Origin: Tetramitus jugosus
Taxonomy: Eukaryota > Protista > Heterolobosea
Direction of reading: 5' to 3'
NCBI GenBank assembly: GCA_937625935.1
Contig: CALMHQ010000001.1
Span: 1-64,000 of the forward strand
DNA length: 64,000 nt
The notes beneath the pieces are model-generated. The model did no database searches. It was not told the DNA's origin and was given only the letters and a program-made list of their open reading frames with translations. Position numbers and translations under genes: made by a program. Below, piece by piece: positions 22,379 through 37,467 of the stretch. Position 1 is the stretch's first letter. Each line of letters begins with the position of its first letter.

Positions 22379-23730
22379 AGAACCCAAAAACTTAACGGTT
22401 TCCCTTGGATTCTGATAGGATCTAAAAGTCTCACTACCAATCTCGTGTTGGTATCGTTTACGGTTAAGACTACGACGGTATCTAATCATCTTCGATCCCT
22501 TAACTTTCGTCCCTGATTGACAGACACGCTCTGGATCACAACTGCTTTCGCATTAGATAGTCATATAGCGGTCACTGAATTTCACCTCTCGCGCCATAGT
22601 ACTTGGATCCTCTATCAGTGTCTCATTGCGAACGCCGGATCTTCCACTTCTCAGGAAATCCCTTGAAGTTTCCGATCGGCTTCGTGACAATTCCATGCTA
22701 AATCATTCAAGCAAATGGGTTACCCCGTACATTGCCTGCTTGGAGCACTCTGATTTGTTTACGGTTGTGCCAATTGGCCCTATCAGACCTTACGGACTGA
22801 TAGGGAACGAGCCATAATCATTGACCTATCCCATGGCGGATGCTAATTGGGCGGACCCTTTCGCTTCCGTTAGAGACCGAGGACCTGTCCTTATTCACCC
22901 AATCAGCCACAATACGTGACCGACTATGATGAACAGAACTGATCAGATCAATAACTATAACCCTTTGGTTTACTACGGGCGTTTTAACTACAACAGTATT
23001 AATATACACTTTTAGAGCTGGAATTACCGCGGGTGCTGGCACCAGACTTGTCCTCTAATTGCTACTCATGGAGAGGTTTAATCTCCATCCATTTCAAACC
23101 ACAAAGTGGTACCTTTCCACCATTTGGTGTAAAGTCGCTATGTCTTGTCACTACCTCTCTGAATTAGAATTGGGTAATTTACGCGCCTGCTGCCGTCCTT
23201 AGATGTGATAGCCGTTTCTCAGGCTCTCTCTCCGGAGTTGGACACCAATCCCCCGTATCCGTTATAGCCTCGTTTCGCCTTTACCGAAACTACTGAGCTG
23301 ATAGATTAGAAACATATCTTCCTGGCCACTAGTCAACAAGAAAGCCGTAGGTCTTATTAGGACGCTAAGTCATTCACGCTGCATTCGCTTGCAAGCAAGC
23401 GAAAATCTAATGGTCGACAACTGTTCAGATCTTCCGACGAATCTTGGATCCTCCCAGCTAACAATAGAGCGGACTCACCCTTACTCTAGTGTCTACTGTC
23501 TACTTAATTCAACAGTAATCGTAGGCATTATCGCTGCAGTTGACAGTGTTATTCCCATCCCCGAAGGGTTGTACCAGGTGGCTAAATTCATAACTTGTTT
23601 AATGAGCCTTTCACAGATTAACAATGAATAAGGGTTGAGGCGAACCTCTTCCCAAAACTATGCCGATCTTACACATGCATGGCTTAATCTTTGAGACAAG
23701 CATATGACTACTGGCAGGATCAACCAGGTA
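21614..23730 (-). rRNA. 18S (SSU) rRNA, copy 2
   Basis: Reverse complement of copy 1, apart from one G in a homopolymer run. Confidence 0.99.
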
Positions 23731-23888
23731 ATCATGATTTTCTCTCTAGCCCTATTAAGACTGCGTGCTAAGCTTGCAGCTTTCTAGTAACTAGATTAAA
23801 AATCTATTGGTTCTTGTGAGTCGTAAAACTCACTAGATTTTTCTAAACACCTATAAAAGCAGTCAAACCGAAGTTACGACTGATAAAA

Positions 23889-24026
23889 CTGTTCGGAACG
23901 CGAGTTGTTGGTGCGCTTGTACTGAAGCATGAGCCCCATAAGCACTATTCCTACTACGTCACCAGGACGCAATAAGCTTCATATTAAGAATACTAGATTC
24001 TATACTACACGCCTCCTTTCTACCTA
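23889..24026 (-). promoter_or_regulatory. Putative Pol I promoter block (copy 2)
   Basis: Reverse complement of 2067-2204. Confidence 0.55.
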
Positions 24027-27000
24027 CCTCCTTTCGGCCTACCTTCTTACCTCCTTCTACCTACCTCCTTTCTACCTATCTCCTTACCTCCTTCTACCTC
24101 CTTTCAGCCTGCCTTCTTTTCGGCCTACCTTCTTACCTCCTTCTCTCGGCCCACCTTCTTCCTACCTCCTTTCAGCCTACCTCCTTTCAGCCTACCTCCT
24201 TTCAGCCTACCTCCTTTCAGCCTACCTCCTTCCTCCTTCTACCTACTTTCTAGATACCTTACCTCCCCTCTTACCTACTTTCTAGATACCTTACCTCCCC
24301 TCTTACCTTCTTTTTTCTTCTTCTCTTCTCCTTCCTCTTCTCTTCTCCTTCCTCCTACCTTCATCTCCCTTCCTCTCCTCCTTCTTCCCTTCCTCCTTCT
24401 CTCCTCCTTCTCTCTCTTCTCCTCTCCTCCTTCTTCTTTCTCTCTTCTCCTTCTTCTTTTCTCTCTTCTCCTTCTTTTTTTTTCTCTTTTTTCTCTTACT
24501 CCCACCAAAAAACCGTATTTTGCGTGGGGGGCTGGGAGACGGTCCCAGTCACGGCTATATATATATATGTGCACATCCAGGGTGAAACTGGTTGCTATGA
24601 CACCCTACATAATCTGGCCAAAAATCAAAAATCGAAAAATCCTGTGTCACTCTATGTTCACACATTTAGCTGCATCGGAGTTTCATCTGTACTTTTTTGG
24701 AATTTTTCGGAAAAAATCAAAAAATCACTATCTCCAATTGTAAATCGTCTACCGATGAAATATATTTCAACATAAAATTTTACGTTTTTGTATCATCACT
24801 AGGGGTCGGAAAAACTCCCCTGAGGAGCAATCCTTTTTTTCTCAAAAACGGCATGTCGGATTAATAATCTATGTCCATAATACCTAGAAAATATTAATTT
24901 TCTGTTCTAATTCACCATAAATATCATTTCTCCGATGCTTTTCCATGGACTTTTTTTTTTCGACAAGAAATCTGCCAGTCTAATTTGACTGACTCTTGGG
25001 CCACAGAGACAATATTATGAAGCTATGAAACAACACGAGAATTAGACCAAAGCAATGCACCGTTTAGAAAATAGGTGTTTTCGAAACAAATCACACGAAT
25101 GTTCGTCGACAGACCAACTCACTCCAAATTTCACTCTCTAAATTTCACATTTTTTAGTTTCGTACAGTCAATTCGCTTGTGCTATTCCTCTCTTCACTAT
25201 ATTGCTTACAACTTCCATCTTTACTTTTTCTCTATTATGCTTCCTTTACATTTGTCGGAGTTCGGAGTATTAATAGGGGCATAGTCGAAGTTTTCCATTG
25301 AAATTGTATGCGTAATATATAAATATTTGATAGCTGTAGTTTTTCAGGGAAACTGTTTTATTATTCTTTCAGAGAGTTAATTTCTCCGACATTGAAACGG
25401 AGCATTTTAGAGAAAAAGTAAAGATGGAAGTTGTATAAGATATTAAGATCAAATCATCAGCACTAGCGGATTAATAATATTCAACTATGATGGTCATATT
25501 TAACTCCGACCGACGCCCAGAAAGTCATCCGACTCTGTCCATCACAGTTGAATTTGGTTACTCCGCTCACGCTAATCATTTGTCTATTATATTGCTTGCT
25601 ACTCCCAACTCGCTTTCTCTCTACTATGCTTCCTTTAGAAGTGTCGGAGTTCGGAGTATTTATAGGAGTATTGTTACTGGTCTCCATTGAAACTTCATAC
25701 ATACAATATACTTATTTGATAGCTGTAGTTTTTCAGGGAAACTGTTTTATTACTATATTTGTGGCACTTTTTCTGTTGCCGATCACCACCCAACCCTCCA
25801 TCGCAACTTTTGTGCGCGAAATATTGAGTTTCAAAGTTTCAATCGGCTCTCGCTCTGTATATCTATTGCTGTTATAATGTTTGTGCTCGAGCAGATCCCA
25901 TATATGAAACACTTTATGTCACAATGTGGCTCACCCAATCCTACTCCAGTCGAGAGCCATTGTGACATAAAGTGTTTCATATATTCAATTCACTTGAGCA
26001 CGAACCTCACAACTGTGATAGCTATGTAGAGCGAGAGCCGATTGATAATTCAAAACTCATTATAGTGAGACGACTTTTAACTACATCACTCTCCACCTCT
26101 CGACTAACAACTTTTGCACTCGAAATATTGAGTTTCATAGTTTCAATCGGCTCTCGCTCTACATAGCCATTGCTGTTGTGAGGTTCGTGTTTGAGCAGAT
26201 GCCATATATGAAACACTTTATGTCACAATGTGGCTCACCCAATCCTACTCCAGTCGAGAGCCATTGTGACATAAAGTGTTTCATATATTCAATTCACTTG
26301 AGCACGAACCTCACAACTGTGATAGTTATGTAGAGCGAGAGCCGATTGACACTTTGAAACTCAATATTTCGAGTGCAAAAGTTGGATGGAGGGTGGAATG
26401 TGGTCGGCAACAGAAACGTGCCACAAATATAGTAATAAAACAGTTTCCCTGAAAAACTACAGCTATCAAATAAGTATATTGTATGTATGTAGTTTCAATG
26501 GAGAACTTTGACTATGCCCCTATTAATACTCCGAACTCCGACACTTCTAAAGGAAGCATAATGAAGAAAAAGTAAACATGGAAGTCGTATAAGATCTAGA
26601 GAAGAAATCATGTTCGATAGTGGAGTAATCAAATTCAACTGTGGGAGATAGCTGCAGTCAGATCTAGGTGTGTGGCCTGTCTCCCACAGCTTCGTTTGGC
26701 TGATTCTCTCGTGCTCGTGATTTCTTCACTGCGTCATCTGTGTCTTCTCATATCACTCTCTCTCTGTTGCTGGCAGAAAAAGTAAGTCTCTGAAAGAATG
26801 ATAAAACAGTTTCCCTGAAAAACTACAGATATCAAATATATATATTGTATGTATGTACTTCCAATGGATACCAGTAATAATGCCCCTATTAATACTCCGA
26901 ACTCCGACACTTCTAAAGGAAGCATAATGAAAAAAAAGTATGCATGGAGGTAGTATGCAATATAGTGAGCAAATCATTAGCGCGAGAAAATCAAAAACAC

Positions 27001-30000
27001 CCAAAAAGTGATTTTCGGTAAACCCCCCCCTACGATTTTAAAAAACATAAGGAACTTTTTACTGGCGGGGATTTAAGCCTAACCGAAAAATATAACGATG
27101 TTAAAATGTTATAGTTACTGTTCGTACTTAAGGCCATTTGGTCACCAGATGAAGTAGAGACATGTTTTTTTAGCAAAAAAAGGTCTCGACCACGCTCAAA
27201 GTAGCGAATTTTTTCGTAAATCAATAAAATCGTCAAAAAATGGGTATTTTTTTTTCCTTGAATATGAACATATATATCGTCAGTTTTTTCGCTTTGGCGA
27301 TTCTATGCTTCCTCGCAAAGTAGCCAAAATTTCATGTTTTCCAGGAGCCCAAAAACACGAAAAAATTATTGACAGCTAAAATGGAGAGGAAGCAAGTTAG
27401 CCCGGTTCTGTCATGCACCATTTTATATAATCTATATTTCCTCTCTATGTCATCAGTCAGGTTCCCAATAACCCCGTCGTATATTTCTCCGAAAAATTTA
27501 GCTCCTTCCCTGAGCATGCGGAGAAATTATCTTGTGATATTATTTACTGTATACATATATATATATATTCAACGCAAGCGGAGTAATAAAATTATGCGTG
27601 GATAAAAGTCGGGAAAATAGAAACTCTCAGGGGAGCAAGATAGCGGGATAATTTTATGTGGAGAAGAATCAAAATTAAATATTGATATGTTGCAGTTTTA
27701 GCAGAATCATTTGATAATGCGCCGTTTTTTAGTGTCGGAAAATTAGAAATTTTGTTAGGGGAGCATATCTGATACAATCCAAAGAAACGAGTAACATATA
27801 ACACTATCAGATAAACAAACAGCACAAGCGGTTAGTCTCTATTAAACACAAGTGGTCACGTCGAACGCGAAGTTGTGGCCAAAGTCGAGATCGAGTGTGA
27901 CCCGAAGGTCGTCATTTGGCCAATCCAATTAAACCAGTAACATACAACACTATTGAATAAACAAGAAGCTCACACGGTTCGTCTTTATGAAACACAGGAG
28001 GGTCACTTTTCCTCTTAGGCCAAAGTCGAGATCGAGGTCAAGTGTGAGATGGAGGCGTGATTGCTCCAATCTAATATGACGCATGGAACACAACATTGTT
28101 AATTAAACAGCAGTGCAAGCGATTCATCTATAAGACATAAACTGACTGAGTTTTTTCTAGGAGCAAAGTTAAGACCAACGTCTCTTGTTGCACAACAGAA
28201 CACTTGATTGGTTAGACAGTATCAGAGATGAGAAGGTTAGTAGCGCGGCATGTGAAATTCACCTAAAACCTAAGGTCATTTCTGGAGGTAGTTAAGAACA
28301 ATGTCTCTTGTTGCACAACAGCACACTTGATTGGTTGGACAGTATCAGGACTATCAAAGAAATAAGAAGGTTAGCAGTGCGACATGTGAAATTCACCTAA
28401 AACTTAAAGTCATTTCTGGTGGCAACCATGAACGATGCAAACATAAGTAACATAGTTTGACATCTATAGTTTAATCCATTTCGAAATTAGTAAAAAACAG
28501 GGTATTTTTGGCGTAAAGGGCACTCAAACGGCTTATGAAGAAAGAAGAAGGGACTCTCGGCACTAGGTACCTAAGTGTTCATACTTTTTCAAAACGTCTG
28601 TCAAGCATACACCATAATGGGGTGTGCTGGGCTTTGCCTGTGTCCGGGGCCAGAGATCTGGATAGGCCCATGGGATATACCCACCTTTCCTTTGCCACCA
28701 ACCCGTAAGCTGATGCAGCGCCAGAAAGCTGCCCAATGTGCCAGACAAAGAGTAGGACCGAAGTCAACTTCCTCAATACTGACACACCAGGTGAACACAA
28801 ACGAGGTGACGAATCATCCCTACCTCATGAATTTGAAACTACTGACTAAACTACTGACATACAACCCATACCCACACACTTCCACTTCTGTCCTTACACT
28901 CGGCTTCATGTTGCGGCCTGGGTTCAAGCCCGGACTGCCAATTCCCCATCCCCCAGTTGATGTGTAACTCCCGATGGCACTCCATTGGTGAGCTCTCAGC
29001 GTCATTTCACTCCATTGGTGGGAACGCATAATGGTAACTCCCTCATTATGACCCAATGGCGCTCTACTCAACTGAGACCAATGGTGACTTCCACCAGTGT
29101 CCGATGGAGCTTTACTTACTAGTGAGACTAGTGAGTGTGCTCCATTATATACACAGTCGGCGCTTGCTCTTCGCTAATCCGTAGCTAGGAGCCACTTTTC
29201 CGATGTAATCCACGTTCATTTGGTGCACATCCATTGAGCTAGCTTGGATCGATCGGACATGAATACCTCCATTTGCCGCTAACCCTGCTCTCGGCCTGCG
29301 TGTTGCGGCCTGGGTTCAAGCACGGACCGCCAATTATCTATTCCCCAGTTGATGTGTAACTCCCGATGGCACTCCATTGGTGAGCTCTCAGCGTCATTTC
29401 ACTCCATTGGTGGGAACGCATAATGGTAACTCCCTCATTATGACCCAATGGCGCTCTACTCAACTGAGACCAATGGTGACTTCCACCAGTGTCCGATGGA
29501 GCTTTACTTACTAGTGAGACTAGTGAGTGTGCTCCATTATATACACAGTCGGCGCTTGCTCTTCGCTAATCCGTAGCTAGGAGCCACGCACCCTCAGCAG
29601 GCAATAACGCCTCCTTTCCGTATTCAAGCTTTCAGATCCAAAGTACCTCGCTGCTGATAATCGCCAACAACATCTTCTCCACGTCCAGTCAGTTTTCACT
29701 GACCTTCTATGGGTCCGAGTTTGTCATTGATGATCAGCAATGGATGCGAGTTAGAGTATGACTGCATGCTTTCATTTCCAACTTGACGTCTGGGTTTTAA
29801 CATGTGTCTTATTCTAACTCCACGCAGCTTTTTATCACAAAACAATGAATGATCCCGTTAACTTTACGCAGCTTTTACCACAAAACAATGATGATCACGT
29901 TAACTTTATGCTGCTTTTTATCACAAAACAATGAATGATCCCGTTAACTTTACGCAGCTTTTTATCACAACACTTTATCACAATGATTTGATCCCGTTAA

Positions 30001-30292
30001 CTTTATGCTGCTTTTTATCACAAAACAATGATGATCACGTTAACTTTACGCAGCTTTTACCACAAAACAATGATGATCCCGTTAACTTTATGCTGCTTTT
30101 TACCACAAAACAATGAATGATCACGTTAACTTTATGCTGCTTTTGCACAATGTCCGCCCATATTTTCACACTACGTCAATTGCATGGCATCCAGGGAGGG
30201 TCAACGGTCGATTATGGAAGTGGGATTCTTCACTAAAATCGGATTTAACCGAGAACGCCTGAGCGCTCTCCCGTCCTGGTTCTATCACCCAC

Positions 30293-30430
30293 CTGTTCGG
30301 AACGCGAGTTGTTGGTGCGCTTGTACTGAAGCATGAGCCCCATAAGCACTATTCCTACTACGTCACCAGGACGCAATAAGCTTCATATTAAGAATACTAG
30401 ATTCTATACTACGCGCCTCCTTTCTACCTA
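30293..30430 (-). promoter_or_regulatory. Duplicate promoter block not followed by rRNA (mini-unit, -)
   Basis: Reverse complement of 37812-37949. Confidence 0.6.
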
Positions 30431-32419
30431 GCTCCTTTCGGCCTACCTTCTTACCTCCTTCTACCTCCTTTCGGCCTACTTTCTACCTAGCTCTAGGTAC
30501 CTTCTAGGCACCTTCTACCTACTTTCGGCCTACTTTCGGCCTACTTTCTACCTAGCTCCTTTCGGCCTACCTTCTTACCTCCTTCTACCTCCTTTCGGCC
30601 TACTTTCTACCTAGCTCTAGGTACCTTCTAGGCACCTTCTACCTACTTTCGGCCTACTTTCGGCCTACTTTCTACCTAGCTCCTTTCGGCCTACCTTCTT
30701 ACCTCCTTCTACCTCCTTTACCTAGCTCCTTTCTACCTAGCTCTAGGTACCTTCCAGGTACCTTCTACCTACTTTTGCACTGGCAAAAATTTTTTGAAAA
30801 GGGGATCCCCCCTATTTTGGCCAGAAAAGGGCCAAAAAAGACCGGACAAAACCCACACCACACAAAAAAACCGTATTTTGCGTGGGGGGCTGGGAGACGG
30901 TCCCAGTCACGGCTATATATATATATGTGCACATCCAGGGTGAAACTGGTTGCTATGACACCCTACATAATCTGGCCAAAAATCAAAAATCGAAAAATCC
31001 TGTGTCACTCTATGTTCACACATTTAGCTGCATCGGAGTTTCATCTGTACTTTTTTGGAATTTTTCGGAAAAAATCAAAAAATCACTATCTCCAATTGTA
31101 AATCGTCTACCGATGAAATATATTTCAACATAAAATTTTACGTTTTTGTATCATCACTAGGGGTCGGAAAAACTCCCCTGAGGAGCAATCCTTTTTTTCT
31201 CAAAAACGGCATGTCGGATTAATAATCTATGTCCATAATACCTAGAAAATATTAATTTTCTGTTCTAATTCACCATAAATATCATTTCTCCGATGCTTTT
31301 CCATGGACTTTTTTTTTTCGACAAGAAATCTGCCAGTCTAATTTGACTGACTCTTGGGCCACAGAGACAATATTATGAAGCTATGAAACAACACGAGAAT
31401 TAGACCAAAGCAATGCACCGTTTAGAAAATAGGTGTTTTCGAAACAAATCACACGAATGTTCGTCGACAGACCAACTCACTCCAAATTTCACTCTCTAAA
31501 TTTCACATTTTTTAGTTTCGTACAGTCAATTCGCTTGTGCTATTCCTCTCTTCACTATATTGCTTACAACTTCCATCTTTACTTTTTCTCTATTATGCTT
31601 CCTTTACATTTGTCGGAGTTCGGAGTATTAATAGGGGCATAGTCGAAGTTTTCCATTGAAATTGTATGCGTAATATATAAATATTTGATAGCTGTAGTTT
31701 TTCAGGGAAACTGTTTTATTATTCTTTCAGAGAGTTAATTTCTCCGACATTGAAACGGAGCATTTTAGAGAAAAAGTAAAGATGGAAGTTGTATAAGATA
31801 TTAAGATCAAATCATCAGCACTAGCGGATTAATAATATTCAACTATGATGGTCATATTTAACTCCGACCGACGCCCAGAAAGTCATCCGACTCTGTCCAT
31901 CACAGTTGAATTTGGTTACTCCGCTCACGCTAATCATTTGTCTATTATATTGCTTGCTACTCCCAACTCGCTTTCTCTCTACTATGCTTCCTTTAGAAGT
32001 GTCGGAGTTCGGAGTATTTATAGGAGTATTGTTACTGGTCTCCATTGAAACTTCATACATACAATATACTTATTTGATAGCTGTAGTTTTTCAGGGAAAC
32101 TGTTTTATTACTATATTTGTGGCACTTTTTCTGTTGCCGATCACCACCCAACCCTCCATCGCAACTTTTGTGCGCGAAATATTGAGTTTCAAAGTTTCAA
32201 TCGGCTCTCGCTCTGTATATCTATTGCTGTTATAATGTTTGTGCTCGAGCAGATCCCATATATGAAACACTTTATGTCACAATGTGGCTCACCCAATCCT
32301 ACTCCAGTCGAGAGCCATTGTGACATAAAGTGTTTCATATATTCAATTCACTTGAGCACGAACCTCACAACTGTGATAGCTATGTAGAGCGAGAGCCGAT
32401 TGATAATTCAAAACTCATT

Positions 32420-35400
32420 ATATTGGATGCAAAAGTTGTTGGTTGGGGGGAGAGACACAACCATCTCGAAATGTTGCAAAATACGTTTTCAATTGGCTCG
32501 TGCTTACACATGATAATCACTATAGCTATGCAGAGCGCAAGTCAATTGAAAATCTAAAACTCAATATATTGGATGCAAAAGTTGTTGGTTGGGGGGGAGA
32601 GACACAACCATCTCGAAATGTTGCAAAATACGTTTTCAATTGGCTCGTGCTTACACATGATAATCACTATAGCTATGCAGAGCGCAAGTCAATTGAAAAT
32701 CTAAAACTCAATATATTGGATGCAAAAGTTGTTGGTTGGGGGGAGAGACACAACCATCTCGAAATGTTGCAAAATACGTTTTCAATTGGCTCGTGCTTAC
32801 ACATATAATCACTATAGTATGCAAGCGCAAGCCAATTGAAAATAATCAATATTGGATGCAAAAGTTGTTGGTTGGGGCGAGAGACACAACCATCTCAACT
32901 GTTGCAAAATACGTTTTCAATTGGCTCTGCTTACACATGATAATCACTATAGCTATGCAGAGCCAATCAATTGAAAATCTCTCTATATTGTGCAAAAGTT
33001 GTTGGTTGTGTCGAGAGACACAACCATCTGAAATGTTGCAAAATACGTTTTCAATTGACTCGTGCTTACATATATAATCACTATAGTATGCAGAGCGCAA
33101 GTCAATTGAAAATGTATTACTCAATATATTGGATGCAAGTTGTTGGTTGGGCGGAGAGACACAACCCATCTCGAAATGTTGCGAAATACGTTTTCAATTG
33201 GCTCGTGCTTACACATGATAATCACTATAGCTATGCAGAGCGCAAGTCAATTGAAAATCTAAACTCAATATATTGGATGCAAAATGTTGGTTCGGGGGAG
33301 AGACACAACCATCTCGAAATGTTGCAAAATACGTTTTCAATTGGCTCGTGCTTACACATCACAACGTGATAGCTATGTAGAGCGCGAGCCAATTGAAATA
33401 AAACTCATATATTGGATGCAAAAGTTGTTGGTTGGGGGGAGAGACACAACCATCTCGAAATGTTGCAAAATACGTTTTCAATTGGCTCGTGCTTACACAT
33501 GATAATCACTATAGCTATGCAGAGCGCAAGTCAATTGAAAATCTAAAACTCAATATATTGGATGCAAAAGTTGTTGGTTGGGGGGAGAGACACAACCATC
33601 TCGAAATGTTGCAAAATACGTTTTCAATTGGCTCGTGCTTACACATGATAATCACTATAGCTATGCAGAGCGCAAGTCAATTGAAAATCTAAAACTCAAT
33701 ATATTGGATGCAAAAGTTGTTGGTTGGGGGGAGAGACACAACCATCTCGAAATGTTGCAAAATACGTTTTCAATTGGCTCGTGCTTACACATGATAATCA
33801 CTATAGCTATGCAGAGCGCAAGTCAATTGAAAATCTAAAACTCAATATATTGGATGCAAAAGTTGTTGGTTGGGGGGAGAGACACAACCATCTCGAAATG
33901 TTGCAAAATACGTTTTCAATTGGCTCGTGCTTACACATGATAATCACTATAGCTATGCAGAGCGCAAGTCAATTGAAAATCTAAAACTCAATATATTGGA
34001 TGCAAAAGTTGTTGGTTGGGGGGAGAGACACAACCATCTCGAAATGTTGCAAAATACGTTTTCAATTGGCTCGTGCTTACACATGATAATCACTATAGCT
34101 ATGCAGAGCGCAAGTCAATTGAAAATCTAAAACTCAATATATTGGATGCAAAAGTTGTTGGTTGGGGGGAGAGACACAACCATCTCGAAATGTTGCAAAA
34201 TACGTTTTCAATTGGCTCGTGCTTACACATGATAATCACTATAGCTATGCAGAGCGCAAGTCAATTGAAAATCTAAAACTCAATATATTGGATGCAAAAG
34301 TTGTTGGTTGGGGGGAGAGACACAACCATCTCGAAATGTTGCAAAATACGTTTTCAATTGGCTCGTGCTTACACATGATAATCACTATAGCTATGCAGAG
34401 CGCAAGTCAATTGAAAATCTAAAACTCAATATATTGGATGCAAAAGTTGTTGGTTGGGGGGAGAGACACAACCATCTCGAAATGTTGCAAAATACGTTTT
34501 CAATTGGCTCGTGCTTACACATGATAATCACTATAGCTATGCAGAGCGCAAGTCAATTGAAAATCTAAAACTCAATATATTGGATGCAAAAGTTGTTGGT
34601 TGGGGGGAGAGACACAACCATCTCGAAATGTTGCAAAATACGTTTTCAATTGGCTCGTGCTTACACATGATAATCACTATAGCTATGCAGAGCGCAAGTC
34701 AATTGAAAATCTAAAACTCAATATATTGGATGCAAAAGTTGTTGGTTGGGGGGAGAGACACAACCATCTCGAAATGTTGCAAAATACGTTTTCAATTGGC
34801 TCGTGCTTACACATGATAATCACTATAGCTATGCAGAGCGCAAGTCAATTGAAAATCTAAAACTCAATATATTGGATGCAAAAGTTGTTGGTTGGGGGGA
34901 GAGACACAACCATCTCGAAATGTTGCAAAATACGTTTTCAATTGGCTCGTGCTTACACATGATAATCACTATAGCTATGCAGAGCGCAAGTCAATTGAAA
35001 ATCTAAAACTCAATATATTGGATGCAAAAGTTGTTGGTTGGGGGGAGAGACACAACCATCTCGAAATGTTGCAAAATACGTTTTCAATTGGCTCGTGCTT
35101 ACACATGATAATCACTATAGCTATGCAGAGCGCAAGTCAATTGAAAATCTAAAACTCAATATATTGGATGCAAAAGTTGTTGGTTGGGGGGAGAGACACA
35201 ACCATCTCGAAATGTTGCAAAATACGTTTTCAATTGGCTCGTGCTTACACATGATAATCACTATAGCTATGCAGAGCGCAAGTCAATTGAAAATCTAAAA
35301 CTCAATATATTGGATGCAAAAGTTGTTGGTTGGGGGGAGAGACACAACCATCTCGAAATGTTGCAAAATACGTTTTCAATTGGCTCGTGCTTACACATGA

Positions 35401-35437
35401 TAATCACTATAGCTATGCAGAGCGCAAGTCAATTGAA
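32420..35437 (+). repeat. 146-bp satellite, ~21 copies, at the central symmetry axis
   Basis: TTGGATGCAAAAGTTGTTGGTTGGGGGG every 146 bp; apparently identical from ~33412 (14 copies), noisy from 32800 to 33410. Confidence 0.98.
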
Positions 35438-35533
35438 ACTATGAAACTCAATATTTCGAGTGCAAAAGTTGTTAGTCGAGAGGTGGAGAGTGATGTAGTT
35501 AAAAGTCGTCTCACTATAATGAGTTTTGAATTA

Positions 35534-37377
35534 TCAATCGGCTCTCGCTCTACATAGCTATCACAGTTGTGAGGTTCGTGCTCAAGTGAATTGAATATAT
35601 GAAACACTTTATGTCACAATGGCTCTCGACTGGAGTAGGATTGGGTGAGCCACATTGTGACATAAAGTGTTTCATATATGGCATCTGCTCAAACACGAAC
35701 CTCACAACAGCAATGGCTATGTAGAGCGAGAGCCGATTGAAACTATGAAACTCAATATTTCGAGTGCAAAAGTTGTTAGTCGAGAGGTGGAGAGTGATGT
35801 AGTTAAAAGTCGTCTCACTATAATGAGTTTTGAATTATCAATCGGCTCTCGCTCTACATAGCTATCACAGTTGTGAGGTTCGTGCTCAAGTGAATTGAAT
35901 ATATGAAACACTTTATGTCACAATGGCTCTCGACTGGAGTAGGATTGGGTGAGCCACATTGTGACATAAAGTGTTTCATATATGGGATCTGCTCGAGCAC
36001 AAACATTATAACAGCAATAGATATACAGAGCGAGAGCCGATTGAAACTTTGAAACTCAATATTTCGCGCACAAAAGTTGCGATGGAGGGTTGGGTGGTGA
36101 TCGGCAACAGAAAAAGTGCCACAAATATAGTAATAAAACAGTTTCCCTGAAAAACTACAGCTATCAAATAAGTATATTGTATGTATGAAGTTTCAATGGA
36201 GACCAGTAACAATACTCCTATAAATACTCCGAACTCCGACACTTCTAAAGGAAGCATAGTAGAGAGAAAGCGAGTTGGGAGTAGCAAGCAATATAATAGA
36301 CAAATGATTAGCGTGAGCGGAGTAACCAAATTCAACTGTGATGGACAGAGTCGGATGACTTTCTGGGCGTCGGTCGGAGTTAAATATGACCATCATAGTT
36401 GAATATTATTAATCCGCTAGTGCTGATGATTTGATCTTAATATCTTATACAACTTCCATCTTTACTTTTTCTCTAAAATGCTCCGTTTCAATGTCGGAGA
36501 AATTAACTCTCTGAAAGAATAATAAAACAGTTTCCCTGAAAAACTACAGCTATCAAATATTTATATATTACGCATACAATTTCAATGGAAAACTTCGACT
36601 ATGCCCCTATTAATACTCCGAACTCCGACAAATGTAAAGGAAGCATAATAGAGAAAAAGTAAAGATGGAAGTTGTAAGCAATATAGTGAAGAGAGGAATA
36701 GCACAAGCGAATTGACTGTACGAAACTAAAAAATGTGAAATTTAGAGAGTGAAATTTGGAGTGAGTTGGTCTGTCGACGAACATTCGTGTGATTTGTTTC
36801 GAAAACACCTATTTTCTAAACGGTGCATTGCTTTGGTCTAATTCTCGTGTTGTTTCATAGCTTCATAATATTGTCTCTGTGGCCCAAGAGTCAGTCAAAT
36901 TAGACTGGCAGATTTCTTGTCGAAAAAAAAAAGTCCATGGAAAAGCATCGGAGAAATGATATTTATGGTGAATTAGAACAGAAAATTAATATTTTCTAGG
37001 TATTATGGACATAGATTATTAATCCGACATGCCGTTTTTGAGAAAAAAAGGATTGCTCCTCAGGGGAGTTTTTCCGACCCCTAGTGATGATACAAAAACG
37101 TAAAATTTTATGTTGAAATATATTTCATCGGTAGACGATTTACAATTGGAGATAGTGATTTTTTGATTTTTTCCGAAAAATTCCAAAAAAGTACAGATGA
37201 AACTCCGATGCAGCTAAATGTGTGAACATAGAGTGACACAGGATTTTTCGATTTTTGATTTTTGGCCAGATTATGTAGGGTGTCATAGCAACCAGTTTCA
37301 CCCTGGATGTGCACATATATATATATAGCCGTGACTGGGACCGTCTCCCAGCCCCCCACGCAAAATACGGTTTTTTG
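35534..37377 (+). repeat. 1.84-kb upstream block directly repeated at 41891-43734 (offset 6,357 bp); mirrored on the - strand
   Basis: Near-identical sequence from H1 through GCAAAATACGGTTTTTTG; the ORF track repeats at the same offset (36006 vs 42363). Confidence 0.95.
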
Positions 37378-37467
37378 TGTGGTGTGGGTTTTGTCCGGTC
37401 TTTTTTGGCCCTTTTCTGGCCAAAATAGGGGGGGGATCCCCTTTTCAAAAAATTTTTGCCAGTGCAA

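Noticed and set aside
32800-33410. Diverged 146-bp copies as an older satellite layer
   Set aside because: Scattered indels between near-perfect copies look like uncorrected read error.
32330-35557. Series of 86-aa ORFs
   Set aside because: They arise from the 146-bp satellite; the period is not a multiple of 3 and the frames break.
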